Made by a program: the position numbers and the translations under genes. Below are positions 40,780 through 54,328 of a stretch of 64,000 nucleotides of DNA, one piece after another. Within the stretch, counting starts at the first letter, position 1, and each line of letters opens with the position of its first letter. The DNA is from Chrysomallon squamiferum (Eukaryota > Animalia > Mollusca), in contig CM022670.1 in assembly GCA_012295275.1 (NCBI GenBank), positions 1,674,001 to 1,738,000 on the forward strand, given 5' to 3'. The notes under the pieces are model-generated. The model saw only the letters and a list, made by a program, of their open reading frames with translations, searched no databases and had not been told where the DNA came from.

Positions 40780-42118
40780 TTAAAAATTACACTTTATTTA
40801 CATAAAGACTTTGTGAATCATAAAAAGTCAAATAGTAGGTAGGTACAAATAACAACACAAAAACAAACAAATGAAACCTTTATACATTTGAACAAGTGTT
40901 TCACATTTGTGAGGTACTGAAACATATGTGGTAATTACTTTCTGTAATATTAGTAATAAGAAGTATGTATGTATGTATCAGTTCATTTGCCTGTGGATAT
41001 ATATATTTTCTGCCTATATGTAATAAATCATTAAAGGAAAAAAGTCCAAAGAAGTTAGCAATTAATTTTTTCTTTATTATTATTATTACATACGAACACT
41101 TATATATATATATGGTTTTTTTTGTTTACCAAAAATGTTCATAAAATATATATTTATGGTAATGAAACATGATCATAAATATTCAGTCAATAATTATTAA
41201 TTGTATCTTATTTAGATATTCAACAAAATATTTAAATCTTAATAGTTTTAGATTTTATTTTTTCAGTTTGCTACATTACAGAAAAAATAAAACAACAACA
41301 AAAAAAAAAAAAAAAAAAATAATAATAATAATAAATAAAATAAATAAATAACCCATAATTTTTACATCTTTAATTACAAAATCAGAAACAGTGTTTCACA
41401 GCATTGGTTTAAATAAACATTTTTATAAAATTTTTATTCAGCAGTTTCTCATAAATATATATAATTTATGTTTTCATGTATGAAAGAAAAATAAAACACA
41501 CAATGATAAAGAAATTTAAGAATGTAATAAATTAAATTATATTTCGTGATGATAAATAAATAAATAAATAAATAAACTACAAAAACTTTTTTTTTTAATA
41601 GGGTTAGTTATCCAAGTGTTTTTTCACAATTACAATTTTTTTTTTTCTTCACAACAGACACTTGTAATATAGATAATAGGCTAATTTGCCAAAATTATTG
41701 GTAATCTCTATTTATTATATTATGAAATAAGTAAATAAATGTACACTAGGTGTTGACTTAGAGTTGTCCTCTCCTTGATGTTTTGTGCCGCCACTAGGAG
41801 CTTTGGCTTCTGTTAGGGACGTCCATGCTGGATTCATCAATGGGTAGACAGGCTAGACAGATATGGCCTAAGGGGGAGGTAACCCTAGCTGAACTCAGAT
41901 GTATTGGGTTATACAGTTTACTGTAATAGACCACAGTATGATGCATCTACATCTATTAAGAGTATGATTTGGAGTTGTTATTTAGTTCTGGCTGCATTTT
42001 AAGTATTAGTTAATATCAGATTTATCAAAACTTATAAAACTCTCCAGCTATATAGATCTTCTAAATACTGACTCTTTTTTTTTAATCTTTTTTTTTTATG
42101 GTTAATAAAAAGATTAAG

Positions 42119-42155
<37 letters not shown>

Positions 42156-42720
42156 AAAACAGGCATAATAATAATAATAATAATTAAAGAATAATAAAAA
42201 TAATAATAATTTGTTATTAATAATTTAAAAAAAGAAAAAGGAAGAAAAAAAAAGTATATATATTGTACAATGTTTATTTTCATGAAACAAATTAAAATAT
42301 TAATTTATTATTTTAATAATAAAACAAGGAATTGATTTAGAAATTGGTTTACTTTTTCTTTAGATCCCAATGAGTAGAATCTTAGACCAGCAAAAATATG
42401 ACTGACAAACAGGAAAATGGCAATAAAAAGTGTAACAAGCAGAATAAATAGTTACATAAAATGAATTTGCTCTAATAACTTATGGAAAATTGAAAAACCA
42501 AAAAACTGTTATTCTAATTATGTAAAAAATATATAAAATAAAACTTTTCTGATTAAAAAATGAAAAAAAAAAAAAAAAAAAAAAAATTATTTTTAAATGA
42601 AAAATTATTTTTAAACAAATAAATAAATAAATAGAAAATGAAAAAAGAATTTCTTTACTATTGCTGACAAGACTATGATATCAGGCTCACATACATACAT
42701 ACATACATACATACATACAT

Positions 42721-42757
<37 letters not shown>

Positions 42758-42798
42758 TACATACATACATACATACATACATACATACCCACATACAT

Positions 42799-42837
<39 letters not shown>

Positions 42838-43697
42838 CATGCCTACCTACATACATACACACACACACACAATAAAAATAAAGAAAAAAGTTTAGCCAAG
42901 CATTGTGAGAATTCTGTAACAGATAATAAACATGATCTTTTAAAATGAACTGTGCCATGTTGGTGAACATAAAATGTATCCTACTGTCAGACATGTTTAA
43001 ACAGATCATATTTATATAAACAAATATAAATATTTTTTTTTCAACTGCCAATAAAAATGTTTTAATAAACAAAGTAAATAATTAAATAAATAAAATAATA
43101 ATAAATAAAATAAAATAATAAATAAAACAAAAATAAAATAAAATAAAATTAGAATGGAAAAAAAAAAAGTACAACAAAAAAAAGATAAATAACCCCAAAA
43201 AGACGTTTAAAAAAAGGAAGTAAAAAATGGAAAAAATGTTTTGGAAATAAAAAAATTACAGCAGACACTTGTAATACAGATAATATAACCAATGTGTAAA
43301 AACTGAGTAAACAGAATAAACAATCACTGGTAAAAAATCAGAGCATCTGATAGGAAGCTGTTTGATATAAAATTATATATAATTATACATGTATGTATAT
43401 ATGGTCTGATATATAATTGTACATGATAAAAAAAAAAGGTGTCCCTGTTTGTGTGGTTGAGGAACAACAAAAAGAAATTCAAAAACAGAATGAAACAAAC
43501 ATTAAAAAAAAAAAAAAAAAAAAGAAAATAAGAATATTAAAATTGTATATAAAAATGAAAATTAAAAAGTGTATTTCTAACTAAACAGTGACGTGATGGG
43601 ATATGAATAAAAAATGAAAATTTAATTTAATTTGAACCAAACAAATATTAATGATTTTGTCAGAACTAAATTATTTGTTTGTTCAATTCAAATTGTT

Positions 43698-43731
<34 letters not shown>

Positions 43732-44001
43732 ATATATATAATGAAAAAAAAAAAATGTCTGTTCTGTTCAGGGTCATCATAATACAATGTAATTATTTTT
43801 TCTTCTCCAGGTATTCATTCAGCTATCAGTAATTGTCTTAATGAATCTTAACACACTTAAATGCAAGACATCAACCTTTTAGGTTTCAGGAACAAAAGTG
43901 AAGGCAACAAAATGATATTCTATTTATCAGATTTTAGTTTGAACAGCGGTGCAACAGTCTCTGTTACCAGAAGTGAACATTTTTAATAAGACAAATTCAT
44001 T

Positions 44002-44046
<45 letters not shown>

Positions 44047-45001
44047 CCAGATTGTCAGATCTTACCAAGGTTTTAATACTGTATCAATTTTGATTGTTAC
44101 TTCATTGATATAACTTCTTTGTAAAATTTTGAATTTGAAGAAGAATCTGGTTTGGAAATACTACATTATTTTAAAGACATTTTCACTTATGCTTTTCATG
44201 ATTATAAATATATACTATTATCACATTCTTTTACTTTAACAGAATTTTATAAATAACAAAAAATATATATCTTGGTTGTACAGAAAAACATTTTAAACCA
44301 ATAAAATGTTATAAATAAAAATGTTTAAAAAAAAAAAAAAAAAAAAGGTGTACAGGTTTTGTAATTCAGGCAATATATATTTAACCAGAATAAGTAGCAG
44401 ATACTGATTGAAAACCCCAGCAACAACAAAAAAAGTTGAAAAATACTAGTCTGAGAACAAAAATATCTGTCATAGTAACATGTTCGATATTTGATATAGC
44501 AATTCAGTTTTTTATTTTCCAGTTTTATGAGATAATAAAATGTACACAACCTAAAAACAGTCAACAAAGAAGTGACAAAATCCTGAATAAATTTAAAAAA
44601 GAAATAGTAATAATACTTTGAGTTTTAGAATTATACATACAAGATGGTGACACAGAGGAAATAGATGCTCTCAAATCACAGAACAAGCTTTGACAAGTCA
44701 CAAAACTAATTTGTGTAAATGAATTTTAAATACTGCACTGATATTTAAGAAGACAAATTATGCTGAACACAATAAATACATTTTATAGGTGTACATAAAA
44801 TTGGCGAATTTTTTTTTGTGAAATTCTTAAATACATTTACACTTTTTTTTTTATTACTTTACACACAGAGATAAATTTCTTTAATTCTGTTACATCCTGA
44901 TAACGTAATTTCAACAGTGGCATGTGGTTTAAAACAATGTTTTTCTCTTTTTGTGTCATTTCACTAGTTACGTCATAACATATTTTACGTAAGCCTTTCC
45001 T
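40780..45001 (-). other. Putative ~4.2-kb 3' UTR of the TIR-SAM gene
   Basis: No exons recognised, continuous strand skew, and minus-strand AATAAA at 40793-40798. Other AATAAA copies exist, so the end point is uncertain. Confidence 0.4.
42689..42870. repeat. Compound (CATA)n/(CA)n microsatellite. Also (TG)n at 44004-44045 and (GAT)n at ~50700-50760
   Basis: Directly visible. Confidence 0.9.
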
Positions 45002-48000
45002 TTAGTCATTGCTCCATCTTGGAGGCACAATTCGCTTCACCTTGTCCAGCAAAATGTGCATGTTCTGCTTATAAAGCCTCTCATTACTGAGATCCACGTA
45101 GCTTTGTCTCATAAGAATGCGTCGCACCTGGCTTGGGGCACTTTCGATGGGGACGAATCTCAGCAAGAGAGGAATTATGGGCTTGTTAAGAGTTTCAGCC
45201 AGGGTTAGGTCCTTGACGCAGTTGTCACTTTGGAGATACTTGGGAGTGATGCAGCACAAGACGACCGCCGACAACTTCATGTGCCGCTGTATCTGGCCTT
45301 GTAGAGTTTCTGAACCTGTGTCGAGATTGCTGAACGTTCCGGAGGAGCGGGTTGAGCGGGAGCTGTGACCTCGGGGAGCTTGGCTCATGGAAATATCGGC
45401 CCAGCATACCAATCCTGTTGCTTCTAGGACTTGTCGGATTTCCTCCACTTTGGACTGCATGTCCCACTGATAGCTGATGAATACTTGTGGGTCTTCTTCG
45501 GACGTCTCCAGACCGCCTGAAACACAAAGCCTTCCATTGAAGATTATAAACAAGTTTGACCAAACGTCACATCTTAAATATAAATGTTGAAGTCTGACTG
45601 ACAGGGTTAATGGAGTGTGCTATTAATTTTTGGTTGTTTATTAATATCAGCGTAGTTGTGGCATCTTTCAGTTGATCTGGTTCTGTATATTTCTGTGAGG
45701 TGAGAGTAATGTATACATTAAAATTTAGACACAAATGGCTACTTTCAAAATCCAGCCTGATTTCTTACATTATTGTGATACTTTATTATTAGGAAAGCCT
45801 GATTTTCAATTTGATCAATAATTTTGATATATACAAATATATTTGAGCTATTAGTTCATAGGACCAAGAAACAAATATGTTTTATATTTAATGTATCAAG
45901 GTTTATAAACATTACCAGTATGTGTTTTAAAGAGAATAAAACATTTTTATTGAAATATTATCATAAATTGCTATTTTCTAATGAAGAATTATTTATATAT
46001 ATATTTTTTTTTTTAGAAAAAGAAAAAAAAAAGAAAATAATAATACAGAAAAAGAATGTTTTTGTATTGCTTTTTAAAAATACAAAACCAACTAAGGAAA
46101 TTAAAAATAAATAACTCATAATAAAAGGTTTTCATTACAATGTCAGGCATTAAAATTTAATGTCAGTTAAATAACAATAAAGTTTATTATCTACTGATAT
46201 AAAAAAGCTGCTTAAATGGTGAATTTATAAAATGAAACTGAGCACCAGGGTATATTATTATCATCCTACAATGAGTCATAATAAAACTACAAAAATTGCT
46301 TTAGAAGTCAGTTAAGTACAGGGCAAACTCATTTTAATATATATTAAAAAGTAATAAACTTAATTTCAGATGAGTAATTTGGCAGAAACTGTTTCCATTA
46401 TCCTTTGAGCAGATAAAACATGTAGCATAGAAAAAAAATGTTATCATTACATTATCATAATAACGTTTAGCTTGTATAATTTAAGATATTCAATTCATAT
46501 GTATAGGTCTACTATTGCTTACATCAATTTTCAAGAACAAACCATAAATACTGTGCAAACATTGCAATTTGTATCATTAAATATACAAAGTAAAACCACC
46601 CCCACCACCCCCCAAAAAAGAGGAAAAAGAAACCCATGTGTATATAATTATTCAAATAATGCTTTCTGTAAAAAAGTTGAAAGTATTTTTAAAACTTTTC
46701 AGATTTTAGATAACTGATTATTTATTTGTACAAAGAAATGAAATATGAGTGATCTGTACTAGTAATGCTTTGCATAAAAATATTGAAAAAGTTGTTTTTC
46801 AGACCTTTTTAGATTTTAGGTAAAGGATGATTTATTTGTACAACTATAATTAAAAATATCTCAGTAAAGTATCTGTGAACATATACTGCATTACTTAACA
46901 ATACATAAACACTGTGATTTATTTTGAAAATCATGGATGCTTTATATACTGATTAAAAAAAGTTAAGGGCCAAGTATTCAATGCTGCTGAACAGTGCTGG
47001 TCTGCTCTGTAATGGACATTTATTATTAATTTTATTAACAATGGCTGGTCACTAATTATTTCTAGCTATATGATAATCACAATCATGGCCAGTAGCTAGT
47101 TTTTATTAATTAATAAAAATGCTTGATTTGTGAGGACCTTTACTCACTTGTACTGAGTTTTATATCACTGTATAAAACAATATTGTATCATCGTCCCATG
47201 TTTTGTTTTGTTGTCTTTATTTTGTAGTGTCAGAAAATATTTCTTCCACCCAAAATAATCATTCAGCTTTGGGTAACATGAAATCTCTTACATGTGCCTC
47301 AATTAGCCTCAAGCAATGTTGTGTTGCTGACAGTAAATGTTCAAGGATTACATAAGTTAAGTATTTCAGTATAATACTATGTGACTGGGCATTTAGTAAT
47401 TTCACTATTTTTTAATCACCATTACATTTATTCAACATAAGAAACCCCCACAAAAACAAAAAAACTTTAATATTAATACTAAAACTGTACTAAGGTGGAC
47501 ATTCATTTTTCAATACAAATAAAAGCAAAGCAGTAATCCATATTTATATACTGACTCTAAGCCATTTAAAAAAAAAAAAAAAAATTCAACATTCACTGAT
47601 ATTTTCTAACTTTAGAACTGTAATGTTTTATTTTTGATATATAACCATTATGTCGTCAGTCACCTTCTGTAACATCTGAACTGAAATGTTTTCTTGTTAA
47701 TATGTAATCATATAGTCATGTTTTGTAAATTCCTGTGTTGAAATGTTTTATTATTATGTAATAATTATTATATAATTATCATGCTTAGCCAGATATATTT
47801 TGTAGAAATGAAATGTTTTATTATTAATATTTAATCCATCAGTCATATTTTGTAACCTCAGTTGAAATGTTTTGCTATTAATATGCAACAGCTATGTACA
47901 ATCTGTTATGTTTTATAAACTGAAATCTTTTAATTATTAAAATGCAATCACAATGTAGATATGTTTTTTAACAATAGTTTATTTTTAATTTACTGAAATG

Positions 48001-49936
48001 TAGAGTTAGTCATATTTTGTAACACTGAAGTTCAAATGTTTTATTTTTAATATGCAGTGACTCATACATGAGTTGAAACATTTTGTGAGCAGTCAGTCAA
48101 ATTTTGTAATACCTGATTTGAAATGTTTTATTATTAATATATAATCACTGTGTAGTCCATGTTCTGAAGCATCAGAGCTGAAAGAAGTTAACATGCACAT
48201 GCACATGCAATCCTGTTCAATAATCATGCAAAGCCAACATTTCTTTTTGTGTAACAATATTAAAACACACACGCAGATGATTATGTATTTCATGCAAACA
48301 GCTTTATTCAGAAGTTACATGCAAAGCATTATAATGGATAAAATATTGTATTTTGTAGATGAATTTAATGTTATTCATTGCTGCCAGTTTTTAATCTGGA
48401 CATCTTGAAATAATAAACACGTCTATTTTTTTTAAAACATACTTTTTAACATATTTTATAACCTGCATACTAATATTTATGTTCTGTTAGTTCTTATGAT
48501 AGTTAGTACTGAGCATTATTTTGTTATATATGTGTAATATATTATATATAGCACTAGTCTGATTTCCTACACTTTAAATTCCACTCTTTAGCTCATAAAT
48601 TATTGTAAGTCTTCTGAACACAATATTCAAGTATACAAGTATGCACAAATAATGTTAAAATGTAAATTTGACAAAGCAGCACTTTTGACCTGTTAGAAGA
48701 ATAAAGCACTATTAAAAAAAAAAAAAAAAAAAATCCCACCTCAACTCCCAGATTTTGAAGAGTATATTCATTTAACTGAAGATTCAACACAAACCAAGAA
48801 ATAGACAATTATAGAAACATGCATTATACATTTTAAATACAAACAGATTAATTAAACAGACCATATATGTAAGAGATTTAATGTTTAATTACTGATGCAT
48901 AAAAACATGCAAGAACTGAGTATTTGTATTATTTGCTCAACTGCATTTACATGTACATGCACATGCACTGCACATATACACATGCACATACAAGCAGACA
49001 TGCACATAAACTCATAGACACATCATCATGGATATCTAAAGGGTGTTTTTTTAGTTTTTTCTTATTTATTTATTTAAAGTTGTATGCTCTCTAATATTTC
49101 CTCCCCCCATTTTATTAGACAAACAATTTATAAATTTCCATGCTTATATTTCTTGATTTCTTTAATAGCTATTATCAGAAATTATGATTAATACTCAATG
49201 AAAGTGTTTGAATTTATAAAAACTTTAATTTAAATTTTTTTAAAATGTTAGTAATTTTTATTTTTTTATTTTCTCATATTTTTGAAAAACTGAAGAAATG
49301 CCTGGAATATTAACATAACAATAATTATGATTAGAACCATTAAAATAAGCTATGTTAAGTGTTTACACATTCTACAATATTAAAACCATAAAAATAAAAA
49401 AGTGTAACTAAATACGAAAATGCTAATATATTCAACTTAATTTGCAACCATGGAATATTAAGAATATTCCTCCCATGTTAAATTTTAACCTATGTTAAAT
49501 TATGACAGAGTTACAGAAAGCTTTTAAAATGAAATAAAGTTTGAAAGTGAAGTTTTTAATAAACAGAAATTGGAAAAAAAAAAAAAAAAAAAATTATAAC
49601 TTGCATTACCTCCTACCTTTGTGTTTTAATGTCTGAAATAAAAAAATAAATTGGATTTGTACAGCATAATGTTAGTAATTATTTGAAAATCAGAGTGCAC
49701 TTTTTAAAACATTGTGATTAATTTAGCATTATATATTAGTTGCACCAAAATCAACTCAATTAAGCTGTAAAGCTAAAAAAGTGTTTTATAAAAAGGATAT
49801 TTCTAATCATAGAGATAATTTATATACAAATTTAATTACTTCCACTGAAAAATGAAATTATTATTATACATGAGTAATATGAATTTCAACCAAAATAGAT
49901 AAACATTAAATATGATAATTACAATGGATGAACTGA

Positions 49937-49979
<43 letters not shown>

Positions 49980-50713
49980 TAAAATAATAATAAATAAAAA
50001 ATAATAGGTAAATAAATAAAATAAAATAAAATAAACTATAAAACAAAACAAAAAACCACAAATAAAACTGAAGAAAAAAAAAAAAAAAAAAAAAAAAACC
50101 CACAAAAAACTCACACACATATACAACAAAAGAAAGAAATAATAAAATGTAGAAAAATAATGATTAAATAAATAATTACGTGCCCACCTCCAAAATAAAA
50201 AGGAGTTTCTAAAAATAAAACTAGAATAAAAATAAAAATAATAAAAAATTTAAGAAGGTACAAAATAATTTATAAAGTACGAAATAATTAAGAAAAAAAT
50301 AATAAGTTGTAAATTACCAAACCATAAACTGACCAATAACTAAAGAATCTAAACCATAAATGAATTTAAATGATCCTCCAAATATTTAAATAATTAAATA
50401 AATGCAAAATTATAGATGGTATAATATTAAAAAGAAAAATATTTATAACCCCCCCAAAAAACCTGACCAATATTAAAACAAATTAGTTGAATAAGTGGCA
50501 AAACTAACAAAAAAATCTAAACACACACAAAATTTGTTTTGTTTTGAAATGAGTGTATGTCAAAAACGAACAATGTTTGTATTCCCAAATCTCTGACATC
50601 TTAAACTATATCAACATGAAGATAAATAATCAGTGTAAATTATAGCATTTCTTTATCCTTGCATATTTATGATAATAATTATATATGTGAAAGTAACAAT
50701 GATTATGATGATA

Positions 50714-50757
<44 letters not shown>

Positions 50758-52240
50758 GATAATAATAATGAAGATAATAATAAGAATAATTTAAAAAAAA
50801 AATAGTCTTGTTATAATTCTGTATTGGAGAAATACCATCACCATAAGCAAATCAACTAAAATTAAAATAAAAACAAAAACTAAAATAGCTTGGTCAGATT
50901 GCTGCATTGTTCAATATTTTAAAATTTTATGACTAAATTTAAAATAATTAATTAATTAATAAGTGATCAAACTAAATTCAAAGTGCTGCTGAATGTAAGC
51001 TTCAGACCATTTCCAGCAAAATTTAGTGAAACAAAAATAAATTAGTATTAAACAGCTAAATAACTGTTAATATGAAATATAATTGTTAATAATTTATTTT
51101 TGTTTAAAAAAAGAAGAAAAAAAAAAAAAATAAAGAAATAAGATAAAAATAAAACAAATCATAACAATTTTTTTTTTTTTTTTTTTTTAATTTTAAAAAA
51201 ATAAAAAAATTTAAATCTTTTTTACCAATCTACTCTCAACCCATTAAACATTTATCTAAAACATTTTTGTTCAAACGTTCAGTTGTTAAAATTTCACAGT
51301 GTTTAGTCATTTTAAAGAAACCACATGCTGTTTTTAAATATAAAACAGAGTAAGAAGAACTATTTAAAATTATTCATACTTCGTGTGGTAGCTAGTATTT
51401 CTAGTGGTTTTAGACCGTCAGCCATTTTGTTTAGGTAGGCTTGTTCAAGAACTACTCCTGGAACTCTGCGGAGTGGTTTGATGTGATGTTCTAACACATC
51501 CAGACTTTCTGTGTACATCTTAGTTTCAAAATCAATAGCTGGACAGTCTCCTGCAACAAAAACAAGTAATAAAGAATTAATGACACATAAATGAAATTTA
51601 ATAAAATAAAGTAAAAGTAAAAATAATAAAACAACAAACCTAACAAAACAAAAAAAAACACAAAAAAACAAACACATTTATAATAAAAAAATAATAATAA
51701 ACAAATAAAAAAATAATATAAAAACAAAACAATAAAAAAGCAATAAATATGCAATAAAAGAACAATACAAAAGAAACTAAAGAAAACCTAATAAAATAAA
51801 AACATATAAAAAAACCCCAACAAACTGAAACAAATAAATAAAAAATAAAATAAATTAAGAAATAAATAAAATAAAAATAAAAGGAAAACAAAACAAAAAA
51901 AAACCACAAAAATTAAATAGAAACAAATAAAAAATAAACAACAAACGAAAACAAAATGGAATAAAATAAACAAGCTAAATTAAATTTAGAAGTAAATAAA
52001 AAAAAAGGATACCATAAACAAAAAAAAAAAAAAAATGAAAAGAACAAAGCAAAAAATAAAAAAACAATTAAAAAAATAAAATAAACGACAAACAACAAAT
52101 TAAAACAAAATAAACAAAGTAAATTAAATCAAGCAATAAAGAAAAAATATAAAAGAAAAAGAACAAGACTAAACAAAAATAAAAAACAATCAAATAAACG
52201 AATAAAAAAACATCAAATTAAAACAAAAAATAAATAAATA

Positions 52241-52272
<32 letters not shown>

Positions 52273-54293
52273 TAACAACAATAACAATAACAATAAAACA
52301 GAATTAAAACAACAAAATAAATCTACAAATAAAAAATAAAATAAATAAATTAAGAAAGAAAATTAAAGAACTAACTAACTAAATAAATAAAAGTTAAAAA
52401 GTAGATGACAATATCTGGTATATTAATTCAATCACTTGCATAATGAATATTCTGTTTTACATATTTATCTACAGAAAATACATGTATAAAACACCCATGC
52501 TGATAGAAATTTCAGACAATGTTATGCAAATTAAAATGTGCTTACTTTTTTGGAGACATTTACAAATTAAAATGTTTCTACCAATTTCAAGCATTTACAA
52601 AATTAAAATTTTTACAAAATTCAAAAACTGTACAAAAATGTACCTAAGACAGCTTTCAGCGAAACTCGGAGACTAGTCCAGATATTTTTAAACATGGCTG
52701 TCACTAATTTCTTGCCCAGCCAATCAGCAAAAAGGACTTCGTGGAAGACAAAAGGTGATGCAGCAGCAGCATCAGTGAAGATGACAATGACGTGAGTAGC
52801 AGACGCAATCTGAGGACCATTAATCTGTAGAAATTCTTCTTTTGATCGACCTAATCTTTGAGCATCATGGTGGATGACCTTAATATAAAGAAAATATTTA
52901 TAAAAATAAAAATAAAAAAATAAATAAAAATAATAATAAAAATATACAAAGTTGAATTGTCCTGTTGTTGTAAATATATATCTATTTGAATAAATGAAAA
53001 AACTTGTTTCAAACTGTTTAATACAGTTTGATATTAAAGGCTATTAGGTGTAAAATACATGGTTTTTATAATTTGTGATATAAATGGAAATTATTGCTGC
53101 CACTCTGTGTACTCTTTTCAGTTATAGTTAATTACAATATATGGATAAAATATATTTCCTTAAAAAAAAGTTGTGTCATATAATTGTTATTTTATTTTTA
53201 TTTTTTAAATTTATTACCTTTATGTTTATAATTTTTTTTATATAATTCTGATTCATAGCAAATGAAAATTTAATATCCTTAAACATTTTTACCCCATTGA
53301 TATGTATGTATTAGAAAAGCACTTATATATGGGGTAATGCTTTTAACAGAATAAGTTAGTATTTCCATAAACCAGAATATAACAGAGTAATATTTAAATA
53401 ATACAAAAGTTTAATATCCCAAGTAATAGAAAATAATAATAATATATAAGTAATATAAAAATGTAATATCCAAGTGATACAAAGAGTATTACCAAAATAG
53501 CAGTACCTTCAAAGATAGAATATTCAGAAACCTTCCTTTCATTCAAAACTGACAAACTTATGATACCTTGTTCAATATTTAAAATATGTATAATTTATAA
53601 AATACACGTATCTATTCTTTTGGAATAATTATAATGATCTGTATACAATTTTATTTTTATTTTTCTATGATACTGTTCTTTATGTACATTTTAGAGAGAG
53701 CATCTTGAGAGGTCAGCCATCTTGTAAGAAATGTGTTGACTCTTTCAGAATAAAAATACTTTTATTATTATTATGTGTTATAGTTGCCATCAAATCATAA
53801 TTCAGGCATTATGTTGTCAAGTGAAAAATAACTATGATTTGCTTTATAATCTCTTGTATATACAGACTTAACTCTTAAAGTTACATAAATGCCAGCTTCT
53901 GACTTTATCAAGAATGAAGGAAGAAACCTTCTATTTGCCACACATACTTACTCTGCTTAGATAAGTAGTTTTTCAGTCAGTTTAAGTCTAAACTGTGTAA
54001 ATAAAACTTGTAAATGTATTTTAAGTGATATTAATATTTTACATTAATATTTTATCTTTGAGAAACTGACAAGTTTGTTTATACATTATAATGCTATTTT
54101 ATATTACAAGATACTTCAAAATATATAATGTTATGAAGCATTTTGAATTGCAGGACAAAAATTTATAAAGTGACAGGTTAATTATTTATTAAGTTGTCAA
54201 ATGTTTGAGTCAGGAAAAAAAAAAAAAAAAAAAAAAGAAAAAAGAATTTAAATAAAATAAAACAGTAATTAAAATATAACATAAAATATAAAA

Positions 54294-54328
<35 letters not shown>

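Noticed and set aside
41750-41950. GC-richer island with a partial CTCF-like GCCACTAGG
   Set aside because: Only a partial motif match, with no ORF, splice sites or recognisable ncRNA structure.
41651-43290. ~27-bp direct repeat CARCAGACACTTGTAATAYAGATAATA at ~41652 and ~43259
   Set aside because: Too short, with no LTR or TSD hallmarks; probably an old local duplication.
47640-48185. Repeat-spacer-like pattern resembling a CRISPR array
   Set aside because: The repeats are degenerate, the intervening sequences are also similar to each other, the context is a eukaryotic intron, and there are no cas genes; it is a minisatellite.
49610-49632. Alternative 23-nt version of the microexon (donor gtaatg at 49609)
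   Set aside because: It introduces an in-frame TAG and does not pair in phase with the downstream exons; at most a poison variant.
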